From positions 1,152,001 to 1,216,000 of the forward strand of contig CAVZSV010000004.1 of the NCBI GenBank assembly GCA_963778115.1: a DNA stretch of 64,000 nt, written 5' to 3'. Below the pieces are notes generated by a model that saw nothing but the letters and a program-made list of their open reading frames with translations, ran no database searches and was not told the origin of the DNA. The stretch is from an uncultured delta proteobacterium (GTDB taxonomy: Bacteria; Bdellovibrionota; FAC87; UBA2466). The position numbers and the translations under genes are program-made. Positions 57,279 to 64,000 of this stretch are shown in pieces. Within the stretch, counting starts at the first letter, position 1. Each line of letters opens with the position of its first letter.

Positions 57279-58883
57279 ATGATCTACTTCCTTCCTCTTA
57301 TCTTTGCCCTACTCGGATGTTCGGGCGCTTCTATCCATTGGCAGCAAGGATCTACTGGTTCTAGCCTAAGCGTAAACGTGAATTCCGAAGCCTTGGTGCT
57401 CGACCCAAGCAATTCGCTATTCCTACCGGTTTCCGGTGGAGTCTCTCCTTATGCCTGCAGTTGTACTTTGCCCGGTTGCGTGGCTTCCGGTGGCACTAAC
57501 GGATGTACTTACCAAGCCCCCTCGTCGACGGTTGGAATCTCCAATGCACTAACGATCAAGACAGCCGTTCAAACCGACCAAATCACCATAACCGACTGGC
57601 TCGGAAACTCTCTCAATCCAGTGACCGTCACTATTTCATCTCCCGGACTCGACCCGACCTACAGTAGCGCACAGGGTTTCCTCTCGGAGCCAACGGCTAT
57701 TACTAGCAATGGCGTTCCAGTTTTTATTTCTTCTGATCCAAGCGGAGACACTCTTCTCACATTCGCGTCCGCAACCACCCTTAAAACCTATGAAGTCACA
57801 TCCGCGGGCCTTTTAGATTTCGTCCCGGCTCAACAAGACAGCTTGCCAGTGGTGTCGCTCCTAGACGGCGTCACGATGGATGCGAATGGAGACACGATTT
57901 TTTATGGAAACTTGGGAAGTAATGCAACGGGGATGGCGCGATTTCAGCTCTCCCCCACCAGCACGACGGCACAACCCGCGTCCTTCTCTCCAACCCCCTT
58001 ATCACCTACGATAGCCAGTTTACCTCAAATCGTTGGGGGGCAAATCTGTATCATTAGCGCCGTCTACAACACGGGGGGATCGATTACCCTTTCACGCAGT
58101 CTTCCCTCGGGTAGTCCCGATACGACCTTCAGTTCGTTGCTTATCAATGTGGGGGATTACTCTGGTACTTTACCGCCGGTAGCCTCGCTAGCCGTTCAAC
58201 CGGGCACCGGGGAAATCATCCTGATGGGTGTCTCTAATACTACCGTGACTTTCAACCAAGAAACGGCGGGTAACGACACTTCCGCCTCTTTGGCATCGAC
58301 TACCACAGGACCCCAGATTTTCTTATTTCGCATTTCCCCGAATGGAGTCTTGGATAATGCGTTTGGGACTTCTGGTGGTACCGGTACTCCAGTGAACAAT
58401 TCATCCTCTTTGGCGGCGATGGCACTTCAAAGTACGGGGGCTATCCTTATCGCTTCTGATGCTTTCACTGCCAATATCAATCAATTTCAGGTCATGCGAT
58501 TTGCGGCCAACGGGACTCTCGATCCCAATTTCGGGGTGAGCGGAATCGTAACCGTTCCAAGCTTTACTGAAATCGAAGGCGCCCCAGCTTCTACGGATCA
58601 AGTGACGTCTATCGCAGTCTCAAATGACGATAGCATCTATCTTGCAGGCTCTACCACCTATAATGGTTCCACCACTTTTGGGGTAGCTTCGCTAGATGGA
58701 AGCGGAAAGATTACGGCGCAAGTTAGCCAAAGCTTTTCGCAAGGGGAAGAAATCGATAAGCCGACAGCCATTCTCGTTCAGTCAACCGGAGCTAATGGTG
58801 CCTATGCGCAGATTTTGGTGGCGGGATCAAGTTACGCAAACGCCGCGGAAAATGTCGTTTTAGCGCGGTTCCTCATGCCATAG
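57279..58883 (+). CDS. Lipoprotein with delta-60-like repeats
   Basis: Lipobox LLGC; repeats SRSLPSGSPDTTF, RISPNGVLDNAFG, RFAANGTLDPNFG; ends VLARF. Confidence 0.75.
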   Translation: MIYFLPLIFALLGCSGASIHWQQGSTGSSLSVNVNSEALVLDPSNSLFLPVSGGVSPYACSCTLPGCVASGGTNGCTYQAPSSTVGISNALTIKTAVQTDQITITDWLGNSLNPVTVTISSPGLDPTYSSAQGFLSEPTAITSNGVPVFISSDPSGDTLLTFASATTLKTYEVTSAGLLDFVPAQQDSLPVVSLLDGVTMDANGDTIFYGNLGSNATGMARFQLSPTSTTAQPASFSPTPLSPTIASLPQIVGGQICIISAVYNTGGSITLSRSLPSGSPDTTFSSLLINVGDYSGTLPPVASLAVQPGTGEIILMGVSNTTVTFNQETAGNDTSASLASTTTGPQIFLFRISPNGVLDNAFGTSGGTGTPVNNSSSLAAMALQSTGAILIASDAFTANINQFQVMRFAANGTLDPNFGVSGIVTVPSFTEIEGAPASTDQVTSIAVSNDDSIYLAGSTTYNGSTTFGVASLDGSGKITAQVSQSFSQGEEIDKPTAILVQSTGANGAYAQILVAGSSYANAAENVVLARFLMP

Positions 58884-58893
58884 TTTGGCTTCC

Positions 58894-60495
58894 CTACCAA
58901 CTTAAGACCATGCTCAGATTCGCCCCGGTCAGAAAATTTTTCGTGTACTCGGAAGCGGTTGCGCCGGGCAACGTGTAGCTAGCGGCGTCCCTTTGCAGAA
59001 TAAAACCTAAAACTAACGCCGTACTTCTAGTCATCCAATACCTTCCCCAAACTCTCATGTCGATGTTTCCTGACGAGGAAGCGAAAGAGGCTTGAGAAGG
59101 AAGGCTTAATCCCGCGATCTCAAAATAGTAATCAAGGTTGGCACCCAGATCCCAATGATTTGCCACTCTCCAGATGGCCTCGGTTCCCACGAAGCTCTCC
59201 AGAAACGAAGTCGTGGTGACGTTAGGAGTAGTGGGACTCGATGACGGGTCGGCCGCGATATCAAACATCTGTCGATAGCGAAAGCCCCCATTTATTTTTA
59301 TGCCTAAAGTAGATTCCGGTTGGCGTCCCAACAACGAGAAACCTGCTCCCAATCCCAACGTGTTGTTCGAAAAAGACTTGTTAGAAATGCTGTAGGCCGC
59401 ATAGGTACCCCCCAAACCTAATTGCCATGCGGGAGACAGCCTTACGTCTGCGTCTAACACGACACCTGCAATGGCTCCTGAAGCATTTCCCGAAAGGTTT
59501 CTCGATCCGCTTTCATCTTGGAACGAGAAGGACTGAACCAACGTTCCAATACTAAGTCGAAAAGGCTTGGATTGATCGGCGGGTTTCTCTTCTTGCTCTT
59601 CACTAATCGATTCCGTGCTCTCGGGGCCTCGAAAGTTTTCTTCTCCCCCAAGGGAAGCAAGCGCGCGAACGCCCACGACATAATCCGCATTCGGCATCAC
59701 AACACCAAATTGTTCTTTCTTCGCGATAAACTTTCGCTCCGGCTGGGGGACCGGGTGTTCAGCAGACTTTCCCGGCTTAAAAGTAATTTCATACGCTTTA
59801 GCCTCTTTGACGGGTTTCCATTTAACCAGCACCCTTTGCTTTCCATGATCCAATTTTACTAGCGGAGAGATTAGCTGCGGGGCTTGCAGTTGTGGATACG
59901 CCACTTCAAATTCTTGGGCATTAGAGTCTTCACTCTGAATAGGCGCTTGGGACTTGTCTAAATGGAATGCCGCAATTTGGGCTACGACTGCCCACGAAAA
60001 CTTTCCCGGTTCTTTCACTTCAAAGACGAACTCTGTTTTCTTGACGCGATGTTTGGTCACTTTGCCACTGCTGTCGGTAATCCGGACGGAGTAACGGTCC
60101 GCCCCTTCAGAAGCGCCCCAACGCAAGGGAATCGATAATCCCTGTGGAGTGAGTACATATTTTTCTTCGGTCTTCTCGGCAACGGGTGCTGGAGGAGCCA
60201 CCTTAATTTCATAAGGCTCACTCCACATTCCTGGCCTATCGAACCTATCCCAACTGCGAACACGATAACGATAATATCCGAAGGAGAGTTTTCCCACCCA
60301 CTCGGTAGCGGTCTTTGCGTCTACGGCAATATCATGGGTCTCGAGCTTTCCGTTGCCGTCGAGAATTTCAATCTGATATTTGGTGGAACCTTGAATGGGA
60401 TCCCATTTCAACGACACTCCAGCTCCCCAAGCACACAAAGAGACCCCGCCCACCATCAAAAGGATGACGACTAAGCTGAGAGTCTTCATTCTCAC
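58894..60495 (-). CDS. Outer-membrane protein with three FN3-like domains and C-terminal beta-barrel
   Basis: Signal peptide; W..I/V..Y..Y/W.V.A patterns; alternating amphipathic strands ending in terminal Trp. Confidence 0.68.
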   Translation of the reverse strand: MRMKTLSLVVILLMVGGVSLCAWGAGVSLKWDPIQGSTKYQIEILDGNGKLETHDIAVDAKTATEWVGKLSFGYYRYRVRSWDRFDRPGMWSEPYEIKVAPPAPVAEKTEEKYVLTPQGLSIPLRWGASEGADRYSVRITDSSGKVTKHRVKKTEFVFEVKEPGKFSWAVVAQIAAFHLDKSQAPIQSEDSNAQEFEVAYPQLQAPQLISPLVKLDHGKQRVLVKWKPVKEAKAYEITFKPGKSAEHPVPQPERKFIAKKEQFGVVMPNADYVVGVRALASLGGEENFRGPESTESISEEQEEKPADQSKPFRLSIGTLVQSFSFQDESGSRNLSGNASGAIAGVVLDADVRLSPAWQLGLGGTYAAYSISNKSFSNNTLGLGAGFSLLGRQPESTLGIKINGGFRYRQMFDIAADPSSSPTTPNVTTTSFLESFVGTEAIWRVANHWDLGANLDYYFEIAGLSLPSQASFASSSGNIDMRVWGRYWMTRSTALVLGFILQRDAASYTLPGATASEYTKNFLTGANLSMVLSW

Positions 60496-62123
60496 TTGGT
60501 TCTCGCCCCCGATACCTTGGGAGCAGGAAGAGGAGCTCCATATTTAACGATAAATTCTCTGGGCGTAAGCGCTTCGCCGAGACGATCCAAAGAGTCAATG
60601 GCTCGCACCGTCCAATGGTATTTCCCGTCCTTGATATTTTTTAAGGGAAACTTGGGCTCGGTGGTGGTTTCCGAGATCTCTCTGGCGCCCCCTGAAACCG
60701 TTACCCGATAGCTCTTGGCTTGGGGAACAGGCTCCCACACCAATTCGGGATCTTGGGCGGTGGGATCCAATAAAAGGACGACACCGTTTGCGGGTTTGGC
60801 CTCGCTAGGTGGTTTAAGAAGATCGGGGGCCCCTTTTTTTAACGTAAACTTACTTGTCTCCGATTCCGCCACTAACCGCGACTGCTTGGTGGCCGTAACC
60901 TTCCACGCGAATTCTCCCAGGGGCGGATTCTTAAGGACATAGTGAACCCCGTAAACCGAAGCGCGCTCGATCTTGCCGGAAGGAGGAGTCATCTCTATTT
61001 CATAAGGAATGTCGTTGGGAATATCGTTCTTGGCTTTCCATTGGAGCATGATCTCTGGCTTAGCTTCGACAGTACTTCCGTTCGAGGGATTCTCTAGCAC
61101 AATCGTCACTTTGGGAATGGGTACGACCGAGAATTCTGAAAGGGCCGATTTAATGGTGAAGTCAGGATATTCACGAACGAGTCGCCAGAAGTAGGATCCC
61201 GGCGGAAAACCGTCCAAACGAATTAGCCCGGTGCTAGCCAAGACCTTTTGTTTAACCACGGGACTTGAGAACTCACTGTCTTGAGACACTTCGATTTCGG
61301 TAACGGCTCGACCCTCATCCTTATCGCTCGGAGGAAGCCAACGGAACGCTATCTTTTGCTTTTCATCTAAGAGTTCTAGTTTCTCACTGGCTTCCGGGTG
61401 AACCAAAGTGAGTGGCCTTGCGTCTTTCACTTCAAAGGATCGCATCTCCGAGAGAGGCTCCGTTCCATCGACGAGTCTCCAGTAGTATTTTCCCGGCCGA
61501 AGCGAGGTTCTCAGCGTCTGAATTCCTGGTTTGACCGAAACACGCTGGGCTTTGAGAAAATTCTCGTAAGTCGAAAATTCGAAAGTAATGGGTTTATCTA
61601 GCTTTTGCTGCCAGGAAAACTTCACGTGAACGGACTGGTCGGGAACGGCGTAGAGGATTGCTTTTGAGGCAGGTTCCAGTACGCGAAGTTGAATCTTTCG
61701 TTCGGTCCGATGGCCTTTACTGTCTACGTGAATTTCCCGATCGCCCTGGGCGGTTCTTACGATTAGCGAACCCTGTGCGTACTTTAACGTGAGATCCGCG
61801 TTATCATCGATCATGACCAGACCATCGTCAGAAAGCTCGATGGTAGATCCATCATTGAAAGACAGTTCCCCGCCGCCTCGAATCCAATCTAAATGGTAGA
61901 TCATTTCTCCGGTTTCGATGTCGCGCCAGAGATAACTCGAAGCAAATCTTCGTCGCATGTCGGCATGGCGCCGCTGCAGGTGGGCTACGGGCGCTCCATC
62001 TCCGGCTCCTCCCGATTGGCGAAGATCTCTCCACAAAACGTAGGAGCTATAGAGGGCTCCAGTAAGCCAAAGTGCTGAAATCAAGCATACCTTTATCAAT
62101 CGAGTGTAGTCATTACGGTGCAT
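60492..62123 (-). CDS. Membrane-anchored FecR-like protein with multiple Ig/FN3-like repeats
   Basis: One N-terminal TM; W..I..G..I..D.IR..F.DGS.IEL FecR-like segment; repeated GxYY/FWR/FAWK motifs; start taken at ATG 62123. Confidence 0.68.
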   Translation of the reverse strand: MHRNDYTRLIKVCLISALWLTGALYSSYVLWRDLRQSGGAGDGAPVAHLQRRHADMRRRFASSYLWRDIETGEMIYHLDWIRGGGELSFNDGSTIELSDDGLVMIDDNADLTLKYAQGSLIVRTAQGDREIHVDSKGHRTERKIQLRVLEPASKAILYAVPDQSVHVKFSWQQKLDKPITFEFSTYENFLKAQRVSVKPGIQTLRTSLRPGKYYWRLVDGTEPLSEMRSFEVKDARPLTLVHPEASEKLELLDEKQKIAFRWLPPSDKDEGRAVTEIEVSQDSEFSSPVVKQKVLASTGLIRLDGFPPGSYFWRLVREYPDFTIKSALSEFSVVPIPKVTIVLENPSNGSTVEAKPEIMLQWKAKNDIPNDIPYEIEMTPPSGKIERASVYGVHYVLKNPPLGEFAWKVTATKQSRLVAESETSKFTLKKGAPDLLKPPSEAKPANGVVLLLDPTAQDPELVWEPVPQAKSYRVTVSGGAREISETTTEPKFPLKNIKDGKYHWTVRAIDSLDRLGEALTPREFIVKYGAPLPAPKVSGARTK

Positions 62124-62133
62124 TTCGTATCTC

Positions 62134-62197
62134 TCATCGGAAAAAAAAACAGAAAAATTCAAGAAATATTGAAGAAATACGGTGATTACACCGAAAA
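62134..62197. promoter_or_regulatory. Back-to-back sigma28-like promoters for the FecR-like gene and the adenylate cyclase
   Basis: Minus strand TGAAT-N15-TCCGATGA (62134-62161); plus strand TGAAG-N15-ACCGAAAA (62170-62197). Confidence 0.45.
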
Positions 62198-62216
62198 GTG
62201 CTGCGGAGACTATACT

Positions 62217-64000
62217 GTGCGGTTCTTTCACCTCACCATCGGAAAAAAGTTCATCGGCCTACTTATCGTATTGCTTGGATTGTCTATTTTTGCTCTGGGA
62301 AGCATTGCGACAAAGATGTTTTCCACTGACAACGTGGCTTTGGTCCAAGAGATGAACATTACCATCGCTGCAAGCCGCGCCACTCAGATTCGCGAGGTCT
62401 TTGAGGGCCTCACCCAAAAAATTCGCCTCTTGGGAGGGGTTCTAGTACAGCCGTCGCTCCCCCCGGAAATTAGTGGGACGCTATCTAAATCCTTCTTCGA
62501 GGAAGACCCCGGTGTTTTAGGAGTCATGGTCTATCAATGTGATGCCTCTGGATGTCACCCTAATGGACGTTCTCTTTCTAGCACTTTCGAGCAGATAGGG
62601 GACGCTCAGGCCGCCGATACGGTCGATAAGATTTCTCACAATGTTGATTTTTCCTTCTCGGCCCTTGCCAAAGGCGAGGTACAGATCTCTTCGATCAAAC
62701 TCATCGACGGGAGTTCTTCTATCCTACTAGGCATTCCGTTTATTAAATCTAGCGACACCTTTAGCCATGTGCTTGTCGCACTGCTTCGCGATTCTAAGTT
62801 TGGGAAGACCTTTGGAGAAAATGATTTAGTAACGGCTTACATGGTGGATAAAAAAGGGAAAGTCTTGGCACATCCGGATGCTTCCTTGGTCGCTTCCGCC
62901 GAAAATCTTTCCTACCTTCCCATCGTTAAGGATTTAGTTTCAGGAAAATTCAATAACGGCCAAAGCCGATATGTAGAGCCTGAGACTCAAGAAGCTAGAT
63001 TAGGAGCTTTTCGACGAGTGGGATTTGGCGGGTTGGGGGTGGTCGCCGAAGTACCGGAAGACAAGGCCTATGAAATTGCCCATCAGATGCAGCGAAGAGC
63101 CGCTCTTCTTGCTTGCGCCATTTTATGTTTTGCCATTCTATGCGGATATCTGATGTCTGAAAACATCACCCGTCCCATTGAAAAATTGGTCGACGCCGCT
63201 GAAGAGATCGCAAGGGGAAACTTTGACGTTACCCTATCGCCAAAAGGAAACGATGAAGTCGCCGAACTATCCCGTACCTTCGGAGTCATGGTCGAAGGTC
63301 TAAAAGAGCGGGATAAAGTCAAAAGTCTATTCACCAAATTCCATAATAAGGAAATCGTCGATAAATTGACCTCAGGCGAAGTGAAACTCGGAGGCGAAAG
63401 AAAAGAAGCCGCGGTTCTGTTTACCGATTTGCGCGGTTTTACCGCTTTCAGCGATTCTCTGGCACCCGAACGCGTTGTCGAGATGCTCAATGAATACATG
63501 ACCCGAATGGTTACGGTCATTCGAAATCACGGAGGAGTCGTCGATAAATTCGTGGGCGATGCCATTATGGCGGTTTGGGGAGTTCCCGAGAGTAAACCGG
63601 AAGATGCTTTACGGGCTTTGTCAGCGTGTTTAGAAATGCGAAAAGAGTTAGCCATACTCAATCAACTAAGAATCTCACGAAAAGAGGTTCCGCTTAAGAT
63701 AGGGATGGGACTCAATTTTGGTGATGTGACCGCTGGAAATATCGGGTCGTCTGAGCGAATGGAGTATACCGTGATAGGAGATGCGGTAAATGTCGCTTCT
63801 CGAATCGAATCAAAAACCAAAGAGATGGGAACCGATCTGCTGGTTTCCAAAGCTCTAGTTGCCCAAGTAGAAAAATCATTTTTATTCCAAAGTGCCGGCC
63901 TTGTAGAACTACGCGGGAAATCCGCCGCTTTGGAGCTCTTCAAAGTGCGAGGCTACATCAACGAAGCCGGAACGCCGGTTCTCGTGGAAACTCCGTATAG
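62217..64000 (+). CDS. Membrane class III adenylate cyclase with periplasmic Cache-like and HAMP domains (3' end outside window; absent from ORF track)
   Basis: Translated by hand from GTG 62217 (GGAG RBS), open to the window end: TM, YMVDKKGKVLAHPD, TM, TRPIEKL..DEVAEL HAMP, VLFTDLRGFT, VDKFVGDAIMA, EYTVIGDAVNVASRIE. Confidence 0.9.
   Translation, partial: MRFFHLTIGKKFIGLLIVLLGLSIFALGSIATKMFSTDNVALVQEMNITIAASRATQIREVFEGLTQKIRLLGGVLVQPSLPPEISGTLSKSFFEEDPGVLGVMVYQCDASGCHPNGRSLSSTFEQIGDAQAADTVDKISHNVDFSFSALAKGEVQISSIKLIDGSSSILLGIPFIKSSDTFSHVLVALLRDSKFGKTFGENDLVTAYMVDKKGKVLAHPDASLVASAENLSYLPIVKDLVSGKFNNGQSRYVEPETQEARLGAFRRVGFGGLGVVAEVPEDKAYEIAHQMQRRAALLACAILCFAILCGYLMSENITRPIEKLVDAAEEIARGNFDVTLSPKGNDEVAELSRTFGVMVEGLKERDKVKSLFTKFHNKEIVDKLTSGEVKLGGERKEAAVLFTDLRGFTAFSDSLAPERVVEMLNEYMTRMVTVIRNHGGVVDKFVGDAIMAVWGVPESKPEDALRALSACLEMRKELAILNQLRISRKEVPLKIGMGLNFGDVTAGNIGSSERMEYTVIGDAVNVASRIESKTKEMGTDLLVSKALVAQVEKSFLFQSAGLVELRGKSAALELFKVRGYINEAGTPVLVETPY

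Noticed and set aside
63083..63943. Two minus-strand ORFs near the window end
   Set aside because: Antisense shadows of the plus-strand adenylate cyclase.
1..64000. tRNA, rRNA, IS elements, integrases, prophage or defence systems
   Set aside because: No recognisable signatures; nearly all sequence is accounted for by the listed coding genes.

Overview
Gene-dense 64-kb bacterial chromosomal segment. Gene content (sigma28-like promoters, FecR/adenylate cyclase module, delta-60 and FG-GAP lipoproteins, exosortase) suggests a diderm such as Bdellovibrionota or a deltaproteobacterium; this is inference, not a search result. Main blocks: (1) 1.2-8.9 kb: arsenic methylation/arsenosugar cluster with a DedA-flavoprotein reductase fusion, arsS radical SAM, a fused double glycosyltransferase, arsM, an MTA-phosphorylase and an MFS transporter, possibly a complete pathway. 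(2) 9.1-11.1 kb: rsgA paralog plus GNAT behind an apparent leader-peptide translational attenuator. (3) 14-36 kb: large colanic-acid-like/heptose surface-glycan locus with a Gmd-Fcl fusion, a frameshifted polymerase-like gene, TolC, Wzc and a GH71-like hydrolase; many of its transcription units carry a shared sigma28-like motif. (4) 36-47.5 kb: mixed accessory genes (P450, ACBP, large IPT/FG-GAP lipoprotein). (5) 48-57 kb: second EPS locus behind a sigma54-like promoter and enhancer, followed by an exosortase adjacent to a 12-Cys miniprotein with an LPETP-TM-basic tail. (6) 57-64 kb: delta-60 lipoprotein, FN3/beta-barrel protein, FecR-like protein and a membrane adenylate cyclase (missing from the ORF track, runs off the window end). 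No rRNA, tRNA, CRISPR array or transposase was recognised. Family names are from motif recognition, not from database searches.
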